This document shows, piece after piece, positions 19,772 through 30,200 of a stretch of DNA of 64,000 nt. Under the pieces are notes generated by a model that had not been told where the DNA came from, ran no database searches, and saw only the letters and a program-made list of their open reading frames with translations. A program made the position numbers and the translations under genes. This DNA comes from Candidatus Heimdallarchaeota archaeon. GTDB lineage: Archaea > Asgardarchaeota > Heimdallarchaeia > JABLTI01. The stretch lies in the NCBI GenBank assembly GCA_019056785.1, contig DXJV01000029.1, positions 89,731 to 153,730 of the forward strand, in the 5' to 3' direction. Position 1 is the stretch's first letter, and every line of letters starts with the position of its first letter.

Positions 19772-21115
19772 TTAGTCCAATATATCGCTTGGGATTTTCA
19801 GGTTGCTGAGTTGCTTGAATTCTCTTTTTTCGAAATTGGCGATCTTTTTCAGAAGATTTTTCCTATCTTCGTTTGTTATGATACACTCATCGCTTTGAGC
19901 ATATTCTGCCAATTCGTTGAGTAAGCTTTGATACTCTTCAATTAAATGTTCGTCATTAGCATAATTACCTTCAATCGATAGTTCTTTTAGGAGTTCAATA
20001 ATTGGTTTATCTTTCTTAGTAATTTCACCAATTATGAAGGCATCACGATCGAGAGGATTATTATGTTGATAGAAGCGCTCAATGATTGCTATATTATCAT
20101 CCACTTCTCGAGCAGTAATACGTTTCTCTTTTATGGAATTCCGTAGCATCAGATAGGGTAGGGTCAGAGCATATTCACCGAGTTTTGAAAAATCACCAAT
20201 ACGCCAGAGCTTTGGTGGTCGAAATGTGGAACCAGTGCGTTCAATATATCCTTCATGCAAGACCTCCAGTAGCGATTTTCCGAGATGATCCTTTTGTGAG
20301 AGTATCTCTTCGGCTGTCACTTCTTGTAAATAATTCTCAGAATAGAGATACGAATCGATGTTTTTTGCGAAAGAAGAAGTGATAACATCAATGCTACTCA
20401 CCACCGGATAGTAGTAATTTGCCTGTGAAATGCCATGGGTTGCAACCATCAAATTCCAGTAAAATGTTGAACCTTCTGTGGTCTTAATTTCGCTCCAATA
20501 ATTCTTTAAATTCTCGTTTAAGAGGTCTTGGTAGGCACTAAATTGGGGCCCGCCATTTACGATAATATGTAATGCCATCTTCCGCTCGTCTAAAATATTT
20601 TTCTTGAACAACTCTGCATGCCCGCAGCTTTTATTTTTTATTAACCAATTTAGCGCCAAATATTCTATTACTGTTTTAAGGAAGGTTTCTACAAAGAGTT
20701 TTGGATATTGGTATCGTAATTGAAGGGCTTTACTGACATATTGCCAATTTGATGAATCAAGGGTTTTTCCCAGTTCATAAAGTTTTTTCCCTTCAAGAAT
20801 AGAGGTTTCTTGAAGGAGTTTAAATTGCTCTTTTGGCTCGAGTCTAAAAAGAGTCATTTTTATTGAATCATTTCGCAATAAACTTGCGAAAAATTTCTTA
20901 GCGAGTCTATTATCCAATTTGTTTTTTCCTTTCGTTTTTGCTTCCATTGGCATACCAATTAAATTGACAATGTGTTCCGAATTTAGCAAATTGTGTATTA
21001 AAAGTTTAATTTCATTTTCTTTTTCAATAGATAAAACACCGACAACAATGTCTTTTCCGATTTTCCCAGCTTCCGCAACTCCCAAACTTAAATTGCAGTC
21101 TATATTTTCGCTCAA
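19772..21115 (-). CDS. Hypothetical protein with degenerate RNase HII-like fold
   Basis: TTG start after GGAGAGGG. GVAEAGK, IIVNGG and ANYYYPVVSS resemble the RNase HII motifs GVDEAGR, vDa and KAD..YPVVSAAS. Confidence 0.55.
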   Translation of the reverse strand: MSENIDCNLSLGVAEAGKIGKDIVVGVLSIEKENEIKLLIHNLLNSEHIVNLIGMPMEAKTKGKNKLDNRLAKKFFASLLRNDSIKMTLFRLEPKEQFKLLQETSILEGKKLYELGKTLDSSNWQYVSKALQLRYQYPKLFVETFLKTVIEYLALNWLIKNKSCGHAELFKKNILDERKMALHIIVNGGPQFSAYQDLLNENLKNYWSEIKTTEGSTFYWNLMVATHGISQANYYYPVVSSIDVITSSFAKNIDSYLYSENYLQEVTAEEILSQKDHLGKSLLEVLHEGYIERTGSTFRPPKLWRIGDFSKLGEYALTLPYLMLRNSIKEKRITAREVDDNIAIIERFYQHNNPLDRDAFIIGEITKKDKPIIELLKELSIEGNYANDEHLIEEYQSLLNELAEYAQSDECIITNEDRKNLLKKIANFEKREFKQLSNLKIPSDILD

Positions 21116-21258
21116 AGTTTGACCCTCTCCAGGAGGATAACTGCTATTTTAAATGCTTTTTAAATTACTAAATACGCTCTTTTCTTTATTAGTATTCTTC
21201 TCAAAAGAGCGTTTCATTATGGAAAAAATGGTGCGGGGAGCGGTTTTGATAAGAAAGA

Positions 21259-21945
21259 TTATTTGGTTTTCGAGAGTTTTTTATATTCATCCAATTTTAT
21301 CGAGAGCTTGATCATTGCATCGTTTAGTTCAAAAGCTTGGAAGGCAGTAATCAAGTCGGTTCGGGTTCGATTGACCAGATTCCTGGCAGAATCCAATTTT
21401 GTTCGCAATGGTCCCACCAACATTTTTGTGTAATCGACAGTGATCAATTCTGAGAACAAAAAATCCATGTAATTAAAGGCTCGTTGAGCATTTTCCATAT
21501 CTCTCCGTCGCAACGAATCAAGCAGATACCGTCTTAACTCTCCTATCGTATCACTTGCAGCCAACATGTAACTTGTAAAGGAAATCTCACATTCTTCCAC
21601 TGAAGGGATCTCGTCGTAACGAATGATAGAGTTTATCATTATTGCCTCCCCTAATTCTTGTGCAGCATCATCTAATCCCCGCCAGCACTCGAGACTTTTT
21701 GTTCCTTCGACTCTTTTGCTCATCTCCTTAAAGAGCTTCTTTGCTTCCTTTATTTTTTCATCAGCAATTTTGAATTCTTGCCGGTGAACAGATTTTATCG
21801 CTTCACTACAGATTCTTATTAATCGTCGTTGCTTAGTAAGGATGATATCTCGAGACTTGTCCTCCTCTTCTAGGAGAAGTTTTATATGATTCATTGATTC
21901 TTCAAATTTCTCTGTCTTCAATTTGGACAACTCTACTTTATTCAC
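21259..21945 (-). CDS. Translin/TRAX family protein (C3PO-like endoribonuclease)
   Basis: R.LIR.C..AI..VHR, QE..EA, Y.L...D..GELRR and LR.K.D..R. Confidence 0.88.
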   Translation of the reverse strand: MNKVELSKLKTEKFEESMNHIKLLLEEEDKSRDIILTKQRRLIRICSEAIKSVHRQEFKIADEKIKEAKKLFKEMSKRVEGTKSLECWRGLDDAAQELGEAIMINSIIRYDEIPSVEECEISFTSYMLAASDTIGELRRYLLDSLRRRDMENAQRAFNYMDFLFSELITVDYTKMLVGPLRTKLDSARNLVNRTRTDLITAFQAFELNDAMIKLSIKLDEYKKLSKTK

Positions 21946-22148
21946 TCTTTTATTAAATTTAAATTAATCTTTTAAATGAAGAATTTTTTTCCCGTTTTGC
22001 CTCCTCCCGATTATTTTCAGTTATCTCCGGTGATTTTTTGTTGTTTAAAGAGCACAAATATCTGTAGTAAGTCAATAGTTTCACCAATCACTCTCAACTT
22101 TTTATATAACCGATACAATAATTAGTAGTAGTATGGAGCGCGATTTAG

Positions 22149-22457
22149 ATGGAACGTAAGCGAAGATTGATACAGAAAGTGAAAATCGAAACAGTGCAAG
22201 CGAAAGTTTTACTCGAACTGAAGCCTTGCCCTGAATGTGGCAGCGAAATGAGTTTTTATTTAGATTGCCCTTTTGGTAACGGTAATATTGTCAATCCTGA
22301 GATTTGTTCTGAGCGATGCAATGTTAGCTGTGAAGCATTAATTTATTGCGAACAATGTGACTATGAAGAATTTGTCGAAATCTTTCCACTTTCCGGTCTA
22401 CCAATTAAGGAACGGCTTTCAAAACGTGAGTTTCAGGAAAAACCGAAGTGGGAATGA
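22149..22457 (+). CDS. Small Cys-rich zinc-finger protein
   Basis: CPECG, C, C..RC...C and CEQCD; GGAG RBS and TATA-like TTTTATATA upstream. Confidence 0.7.
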   Translation: MERKRRLIQKVKIETVQAKVLLELKPCPECGSEMSFYLDCPFGNGNIVNPEICSERCNVSCEALIYCEQCDYEEFVEIFPLSGLPIKERLSKREFQEKPKWE

Positions 22458-22473
22458 GAATGGGTGGAGAGCG

Positions 22474-22938
22474 CTAATCTTCTTCGTCAGGCAGGTCTGG
22501 AATTATTAAATTCTCATCGAAGTCTTCATCCCAATCAGGAAGATATTTATCTCCGGGAGGCAATAAACTTGGATTTTTAGCGAGAATTCGTTCTATCTTT
22601 TGGGCAATAAACACCAAAGTGATTGCTTGTGAAACATATGATTCTCCTTCCAACACAGCCATAACCAAGGCATTTTTTCCAGCACTTACAGCAACGATGT
22701 GTCGATCACCCGGCACATTGATTTGGATATCTCTGACACCTTCAAATTTGAGCAAATCAGAAACATATTCTGAAATATGGACAATACCGGAGGCAGCAGC
22801 ACTGAGAGCTTCTTTAATATCCTCAGAATCGTTTGGTGCAAATGTTTGAATTGGAATGCCCGATCTCGAAGCAACGACGATTGTGTTTACACCTGTTGAT
22901 TGTGAAAAATCATTCAGGATGGTTTCAATATCTTCCAT
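22474..22938 (-). CDS. Roadblock/LC7 (LAMTOR-like) domain protein with acidic tail
   Basis: GV..IVVASRSGIPI, LSAAAS.I...S and HIVAVSAGKNALVM fit the roadblock pattern. Confidence 0.85.
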   Translation of the reverse strand: MEDIETILNDFSQSTGVNTIVVASRSGIPIQTFAPNDSEDIKEALSAAASGIVHISEYVSDLLKFEGVRDIQINVPGDRHIVAVSAGKNALVMAVLEGESYVSQAITLVFIAQKIERILAKNPSLLPPGDKYLPDWDEDFDENLIIPDLPDEED

Positions 22939-23046
22939 TTTTACCTACTCTAAATGGTAACTGTTTTAGGTTATTTATTTTACTGTTTAGACTATTTTTA
23001 AGAGCTTTTTGAGTTTTTTTTGACAGAAAAAAATGTCAGTAAGCGT

Positions 23047-23757
23047 TTATTTTAGCGCTTGGAAAGTGTCTGAGAGGACCTTAGGATTATTTGTAATGAG
23101 TGTTTGGACGCCCATTTTTGCTAATTTTACTGCTAAATCAGGTTTGTCCACCGTCCAAGTGCGCGTTATTAAGCCAAATTGTGCGGCACGGGATAACAGT
23201 CTTTTTGTGACTATTGACTTATGAGGATGTATCCCTTCACAGTGAAGAGATTTTCTAACTTTTTTTAGACTCGTAAAGGGATTAGTGAATAGGAGAGCTG
23301 TAGGAATACTCGCGTTTAGTTCCTTAACTTTCCGTAATGTTTCTGGGATAAAGGAGGAAATTACCAGCCTTTTGGTAATTTTCAGATCGGTTAACATATC
23401 CACTAATGTTTTTTCGAGCCTTTTTTCTTTAATTTCTATGTTCAACCAATATGTATTCCCAAAAAGTTTGAGAACTTCTTCTAGAGTGGGGATTTTTTCG
23501 CCATGACCAAAATCAAATTTCCGGAGCTCGGTTAGCGTTAATTCTTTTACAATTCCAGTACCATTTTTAATTGTTCTATCAACTGTACTATCATGAATGA
23601 TAACAATTTCCCCGTTTATCGTTGCTCGGATATCAAATTCCAAACCATCAGCACCATCATGAAATGCTCTGGAAAAAGCTGCAAGTGTATTTTCGGGCTC
23701 AACGGCAGAAGCTCCTCGATGGGCAAAAATAAGAGGTTTTAGTAGGGGGTATTCCAT
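23047..23757 (-). CDS. Glycerophosphodiester phosphodiesterase
   Basis: AHRGAS...PENT..AF, EFDI, HD.TVDRT, IPTLEEV, NIEIK, ISSF, WTVD and ITN.P. Start set at ATG 23757. Confidence 0.93.
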   Translation of the reverse strand: MEYPLLKPLIFAHRGASAVEPENTLAAFSRAFHDGADGLEFDIRATINGEIVIIHDSTVDRTIKNGTGIVKELTLTELRKFDFGHGEKIPTLEEVLKLFGNTYWLNIEIKEKRLEKTLVDMLTDLKITKRLVISSFIPETLRKVKELNASIPTALLFTNPFTSLKKVRKSLHCEGIHPHKSIVTKRLLSRAAQFGLITRTWTVDKPDLAVKLAKMGVQTLITNNPKVLSDTFQALK

Positions 23758-23873
23758 GACAATCAGCAACAAACAAAATTATTTATTAACCAGCTATTGA
23801 AATTTTATTCTCATCTAATAAATTATATTGCTTAAAAACAACTTTAAAACCATCGATTTGTTTGTGATTCGAC

Positions 23874-24956
23874 ATGGAGCTAAAATTAGCATTCAAAAAA
23901 ACGATAGACAACGTTCAGAGGGAACTGAAGAAACTCTTTAAAAAAAATGGCTCAAAGACAGTATTATTGGGTGACTTTAGTGGTATTTTCTATGACTCTT
24001 TAGACGAGTATCTCACCCATGGCGGCAAACGCATTCGCCCTTTTCTTGTTCAGACGGCTTTCGATGCAGTGGGAGGCGACCATTCGAAGGGAAATATTGT
24101 TCGGGCCTCGCTGGCACTTGAATTGCTACATAATGGATCCCTCCTTCATGATGATGTAATAGACAAAGACGAAACGCGCCGTGGTAAACCTGCATTCTAC
24201 GTTAAATTCAGAAATTTCTACCAACAACAAGTAAACAACGAGTCTTTTGACAAGGCAAATGATTTTGGTGAAGCGATGGCTATTTTTGCCGGAGACCTTT
24301 GTTTTCCCTACGCCATTGAATGCATTATTAATAGTGGTTTTCCAATGGAAGCAAGGATTAAGGCTTTACAAGCATTTGCAGATGCTTTTCGAGAAGTTAT
24401 TAATGGTGTTATTATTGAAACCGGCGATGCCACATTAAACACGGGTACTGAGAAGTCTTATTATCGAATGGTTAATTTGAAAACTGGGGCCTTAATTCGC
24501 AAAGCAGTTGAAATTGGTGCCATTCTCGGTGGCGGATCAGAAGCGCAAAGAAATGCGTTAGTTACCTATTGTAAGGAAATCGGCATAGCCTTCCAAATAC
24601 AAGATGATATTCTAGGTATTTTTGGTGACCCAGAAAAACTGGGAAAACCCATCGGAGGGGACATCAGAGAGAATAAACAAACGATTTTAAGAATTTATGC
24701 GATGGCAAATGGCTCTAGTGAACAAGTGAATCGTCTTAGCGAATTGATGGGTTCGGATGACATTACAGAAGCCGAAGTCGAAGAAGTGCGAAAAATTTTC
24801 CGAGACACAGGTGCATTGGCTTTTGCCCGTGAGAAAATTAAGGAAGCAACAGAAAAAGCGATCCAAGCATTAGAAACAGCAAAACCACCGCTTAAGGAAA
24901 AACCAAAGAAATTGTTCATTGCACTGGCAAAATATCTAGAAGAACGGAAAAAGTAG
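23874..24956 (+). CDS. Trans-polyprenyl diphosphate synthase (IdsA/GGPPS superfamily)
   Basis: GGKRIRP, LHDDVID...RRGKP (FARM), KTG, FQIQDD (SARM), GK..GGDIRE.K.T. Confidence 0.92.
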   Translation: MELKLAFKKTIDNVQRELKKLFKKNGSKTVLLGDFSGIFYDSLDEYLTHGGKRIRPFLVQTAFDAVGGDHSKGNIVRASLALELLHNGSLLHDDVIDKDETRRGKPAFYVKFRNFYQQQVNNESFDKANDFGEAMAIFAGDLCFPYAIECIINSGFPMEARIKALQAFADAFREVINGVIIETGDATLNTGTEKSYYRMVNLKTGALIRKAVEIGAILGGGSEAQRNALVTYCKEIGIAFQIQDDILGIFGDPEKLGKPIGGDIRENKQTILRIYAMANGSSEQVNRLSELMGSDDITEAEVEEVRKIFRDTGALAFAREKIKEATEKAIQALETAKPPLKEKPKKLFIALAKYLEERKK

Positions 24957-25041
24957 CCTTTTCTCGTCTTTGCTCCAAGAATATTGCCTTTTTTATACTT
25001 CTTTTTGAATTTTCTTTTATAACAGGATGAGATGAATGTGA

Positions 25042-25386
25042 ATGGTTGAAACAGGCGAGAACAATACTCCAGGAAAAACGGCTGTAAATACGCGAGAAAT
25101 GCTTGAGAATGATGTTCGCTCAAACCTCCGCTATTGCTGGCAACGAGCAATGGTTTTTGCCATCCAATACAAACCAACGATTCAAGAAGTGCTGGACGAA
25201 CTTGTTAAGGGGTTTTTAGTCTTTATACCAAAATATCACCCAAAAAGAGAGGCTTTTCGACAAGCACTTGTGGAGGTGTTCCATGAAATGCTGGGAAAAT
25301 TCTTCTCGACAGAAGATATTTCTGGAGAGATGCTCGAAAACCACTTTATAGAAAAAGCCATTGACAAGATAAAGCAATTGCTCTGA
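25042..25386 (+). CDS. Hypothetical helical protein
   Basis: 114 aa ORF with normal composition, co-oriented with its neighbours. Confidence 0.6.
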   Translation: MVETGENNTPGKTAVNTREMLENDVRSNLRYCWQRAMVFAIQYKPTIQEVLDELVKGFLVFIPKYHPKREAFRQALVEVFHEMLGKFFSTEDISGEMLENHFIEKAIDKIKQLL

Positions 25387-25463
25387 ATTCTCCACCTTAA
25401 TAAAAAAGTTAATTTGTCTTCAAGTAGAGATAAAAAAACTGGAAAAACTCGGAGGAAAAACCA

Positions 25464-26537
25464 ATGGATGTTCTCGTAATAGGTGGTAGTCGGTTTAGTG
25501 GTAGAAAATTGGTTGAATTACTTGCCAAAAGAGAACACTCTGTTATGGTGATTAATCGCGGAAAATCAGAAAAAGCGGCCCCGCCCTTTATTCAGCCAGA
25601 GAAATACCAATATCCTGAAGGTGTGGAAGTTCTCCATGCTGATCGTAAAAATACCAGAGAGTTTGCGCGAATCCTTCGAAAAAGCACTTTTGAAGCGATT
25701 ATCGATACCTGTGCGTATACAGAACCAGATGTCCGGACAATTTTGCAAAACACCCCAAAAGGATTAGAACATTATGTTATGGTCAGTACAGCCAGTGTAT
25801 ATGATGAGAAAAAATTAAGAATGTTTCCTATTGCAGAAGAAGCCCCTATCGGTTCAATGGGTGATGATGAGCAACTCCTTTATAGTAGAGATAAACGCAA
25901 AGCAGAGGCAGCACTAAAAACTGCCTATCAAGAGACCGGCTTCCCCATGACTATTATCCGCCCAACATATATTTATGGGCCAAACAATCCACTCTACCGA
26001 GAGTATTATTTTTTTGACAGGCTTCTTGACAAGCGCCCCATTTTTCTTCCGGGCAGTGGTGACTTTATTATTGACTTTGTTTTTGTCTCTGATGTTGCAT
26101 GGCTATTAGCCGCGCCACTTGAAAGTAAAAAAGCTAAAGGGGAAGTCTACAATGCCACCGGCGAAGGTGGGCTCACACTCAACAGCTATATTGATATTCT
26201 AGCTGAAATCGTTGGGGTTAAACAGCCTGAAGTTATTCATTATAACCCAGAAATTTTACAGCAAAAAGAGCTGCAGCCAAAAACAATGATGCAAATGTTT
26301 CCTTTTAGCTATAGTGAGCATCTGCTTTTAAGCCGAGAAAAAGCTGTGAAAGACTTTGGTTATAAACCAACCCCCTTCTATACAGGAGTACGCATAACGT
26401 TTCAATGGTACGAAAAACGACGCAACCGCGACTGGCAACCTGATTACTCGCTGGATGAAAAAATCAGAAAATATCTCGAGAAAAAAAATACAACAATGAC
26501 TAATTATAAGCGAAACCTTGATTTTTCAGCAAAATAA
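25464..26537 (+). CDS. NAD-dependent epimerase/dehydratase (atypical SDR)
   Basis: VLVIGGSRFSG, NRG, STASVY, YxxxK (YSRDK), RP.YIYGP; GGAGG RBS. Confidence 0.88.
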   Translation: MDVLVIGGSRFSGRKLVELLAKREHSVMVINRGKSEKAAPPFIQPEKYQYPEGVEVLHADRKNTREFARILRKSTFEAIIDTCAYTEPDVRTILQNTPKGLEHYVMVSTASVYDEKKLRMFPIAEEAPIGSMGDDEQLLYSRDKRKAEAALKTAYQETGFPMTIIRPTYIYGPNNPLYREYYFFDRLLDKRPIFLPGSGDFIIDFVFVSDVAWLLAAPLESKKAKGEVYNATGEGGLTLNSYIDILAEIVGVKQPEVIHYNPEILQQKELQPKTMMQMFPFSYSEHLLLSREKAVKDFGYKPTPFYTGVRITFQWYEKRRNRDWQPDYSLDEKIRKYLEKKNTTMTNYKRNLDFSAK

Positions 26538-26555
26538 TAATTATTCTGGAGAAAC

Positions 26556-27251
26556 TTGATGAACGAGCGGAAACTGCAGGAAGAAAAAGAGAATCTTATT
26601 GCACATTACAAAATGAATGGATATATAAAATCCCCAGAAGTGGTCCGAGCTTTTCGTATGGTTCCCCGTGAGGAATTTATCGAGAAAAACCTCAAACGAA
26701 TGGCCTACCTAGACCGCCCTCTCCCCATTCTAGCCGGGCAAACAATTTCCGCCCCCCATATGGTGGCAATGATGGTTAGCAAGGACATTCTCAACTTGCA
26801 AGTAGGAGATAAATGTCTCGAGGTGGGTGCAGGCTCCGGCTATCATGCTGCTGTTATTGCTGAAATTGTTGCTCCCACAGGAACCGATGAGAAAACGCGG
26901 GGGCATGTCTACACTATTGAGCGTATAAAAGAGTTAGTTGACTTTGCAAAAGCAAACCTTGAACGCACAGGGTATGCTAACCGCGTCACTGTGATTCACG
27001 GGGATGGCTCCATGGGTTACCCCGAGAAAGCACCTTATGATAAAATTACCGTCGCTTGTGCGGCCCCGGATATTCCTCCTCCACTCCTCAAACAGTTAAA
27101 ACCAGGCGGTCGGCTTGTCATTCCTGTTGCCGGCGGAGGATATTTTCAAGAATTAAAGGTTATATTCAAACGAAAGGATGGTTCTATTAAAAGCGAAACA
27201 AAATGTGGTGTTGCTTTCGTACCCTTAATCGGAAAGTATGGTTACAAATAA
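26556..27251 (+). CDS. pcm: Protein-L-isoaspartate O-methyltransferase
   Basis: VPREEF, AY.DRPLPI..GQTISAPHMVA, LEVGAGSGY.AA, GDG..GYP..APYD and FVPLIG..G. Confidence 0.95.
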   Translation: MMNERKLQEEKENLIAHYKMNGYIKSPEVVRAFRMVPREEFIEKNLKRMAYLDRPLPILAGQTISAPHMVAMMVSKDILNLQVGDKCLEVGAGSGYHAAVIAEIVAPTGTDEKTRGHVYTIERIKELVDFAKANLERTGYANRVTVIHGDGSMGYPEKAPYDKITVACAAPDIPPPLLKQLKPGGRLVIPVAGGGYFQELKVIFKRKDGSIKSETKCGVAFVPLIGKYGYK

Positions 27252-27262
27252 AACTGTTGTTC

Positions 27263-30200
27263 TTATGCTGCTTCTCCAAAAAATTCTGTTAAACTTCGCT
27301 GAGTTTTCTTTTCTTGTATAAAATATTCATTAATCGCTTCATTGAATAGCTCCAACCGTTGTTTCAAATAATTAGAAAGATTGTAATCTTCCATTAATTT
27401 CTTTGCAGTCTCATAATATTTGGTAATGGTCTTTTTATGTACCGTCAAAATAATTTTCCCGCCATCTGGACAATTGGTACATTTTCCAGTGAGGGGCATT
27501 CGTCGATATTTTGTATTACATTTAACACAGCGGAAAGTTTGGGCACCAAAGGCACGGAGACAACCGATCATGTCCGGGAAGAAATGTTTATTGATTACGC
27601 GTTCTGCCACATCCTCAAGGTCCACTGCTCGAATCATTTTTGCTATTTTTAACTGCGCCTCGAGTTTATCGACCATTTTCCCCAGCCGGGAGTAGATGGT
27701 AGATGGCGGTCCGAGGGCAATATCGCTTGTTTCATGCGTATAATGGAAGTTTTCGAATTGCTCTAGTGTATCTAAACGATTAGCAATAAGGTCAATAATT
27801 TGAGCGATTTTTTTCGAGTCTATAAAATCATAAGAACGTTCGTAGAATTCCAGCGGGTAGCGTTTAACACAATCAACAGCATGAGATTCGTCATCCACTT
27901 CATTTGGGTTAATGACTGTTCCGAGAGTAAGAGGGGCGTCCATTGAACCTCCGCGTGTAACGGGGAGGAACTGTTTGGAAAAATCGAGAAAGCCCTCAAG
28001 CATGAGAATAATGGCATCTTCATCCCCATCACAATTTCGCCTTTTTGCCGCATGCCAATAAGGATGTGCGAGATTCCCTTTGACAGTTGTAAAACCGACT
28101 ATTCTACCGGTTATTCCTGAGGAAGTGTGAGGAGCTAACCCTATGACTAGATGCCCGATGAGATCAGATATCTTCTTAATGTTATAAAATCTCGGGAGAC
28201 CATAAACAGACTCGAGTAAATCATCTACATACCGGGCCACCCGCACTAAAAATTCACCATTGTCGATATTAAGAACGACATCCTGTATTTTCAATTCCAG
28301 AATCTGGTTATCAGTAGTGAGTGGTTGCCCTCGGATGTCTTTTGTATAACCAATTGCTCGCAATTGTTCCACTGAAGCACTTACTTCCTTGGGTTTAAAA
28401 TGCATTAGAGGAATATCGGTGGAATCAAAACGGATTGTTCCGTCTTTATAGACGTTCAAATCATGTCGTGCCCTTAAAAAGCCTTTTTCGAGAAGCTCGG
28501 GAATCTTGTTGCGATTCATTAGTTTCTTGACACCTTTAGTGTTTGCCGGAATGGACCCCCCTAAGGTTTTTTTCACTCGAGTAATATCTTTACTAAGATC
28601 CACCATGCGTGTTGTATAGGGGACGGGATAACGATTGCATTGCTCACAAAAATCATTTTCAGCCAACTCCCGCCCACAAGAAGGACAACTTGTTAGGATT
28701 TTTGTGGGGATGGCACATTTCGGACACAAGGAAAGATGTGTAATTGTATTGCATTTTGGACATTCTCTTTGAACAACAGTAATCTCGATCGTCTTCTTTT
28801 TTGCTGCCTCCAGAATTAAACGACTATTACCATTTCCTTCCATTTCGAGTGGAAAGAGAGAATGCACCGGGGGCTTCATTTTGCGTTCTTTCGCCTTTTC
28901 TGGTCGCCCCATCCTTGCACCCGAATAGATTGGGATTTTCATTTTAATCTCGAATGGCACAAGATGCTTGAAAGGAGGACGTACGTCTCGCTCGATTTCT
29001 TCGGGGTGTAAGGTAGTGTTTTTCAATTGCATGCAATGTTCAAGGATTAAATTACATTCATCAATGATGATATAACCGTCTTTAATTTTATGAGGAAGTC
29101 CAATGCGCTCTAACAGAACTTTTGCATTAAAGGATGGATCAAGAACAAGAGCATCTCGCTTTTTCGCAAGATTAATTATGAGTTCTTTGTCAGTCACACG
29201 AGCACGTAAAATTTTGTCGCGCAGCTCAAAAAATTCATCAAAGGTTATATCATGCCAGGCATAGGTATAATAGGGATGAAGGGGAATCATCAACTCATAA
29301 CTAAAACTTAAAGCCTCGAGTTGGGTAGGCTTGGTTGTTATTGGGTTGCTAAGAAACTCTTGTAATCGCTCTGGCGACATGCCCAACAGCTTAGCTGCAA
29401 TTTGCAAATCGTTATTGCATTTTGATTTAAGCCGCGACTCGAGATAGAGAACCCACCATTCTTCCACAAAACCCGAAGGAATTAAGGGATGGTTATTTTC
29501 CAGAAACTCACCAAAACCGACTAGTAAATCCCCTAGAAAAAGGATTTTAGCAATACGCTTCTGGAGTTTTATCGCTTGTCCATAGGTCTCGATTTTCACC
29601 ACAGAACCATCTTTCAACAAAACGGTGGGCCCTTCTATCGAATCCACTGGCATGACAACACTGCCTTTGCCGGGGCGTTCTGTCCGGATGTGTGTTCCTG
29701 GTGCCAAGAAATCCATGAGAACTTTCATCGTAGCAGGGTGGATGCCAATTCCTGCTAAACCAGTATTCCTTGAGTGTCCATAGCGTATACGAAATCCCCC
29801 TGCTTTGGAAGGGTGCGCGAAAATTGGCCGTCCACCGATGATATCCTTAATATAGCCATAAGAGGGTTGTGTTTTAGCCTTAAAATCTTCTTTCTCTTTT
29901 TGTGCTTGTTTCTCGGAGATGGCTACTTTGAGTGATTTTAACCAATCCCATCCCGACAAACCAACGGTTTTGACTGTCTTCAAGATTTTCATTGCCCGGC
30001 CAACAATACCATCATTTAAGACCAGGCATGCTCCCCCTCGTAAGGTATTTGTCTCGACACGCGGGAGGTCCCGAAAAGCAGACACTTCATCGGGGTTTGT
30101 GCTTTCTCCTGTGACTTCTACAGGCAAATTTTGAACGGCAAACTCGATCTGTTCTGCAGTTGTAGGAATTTGTAAATGTACAACGCGTTTATAGAGATCT

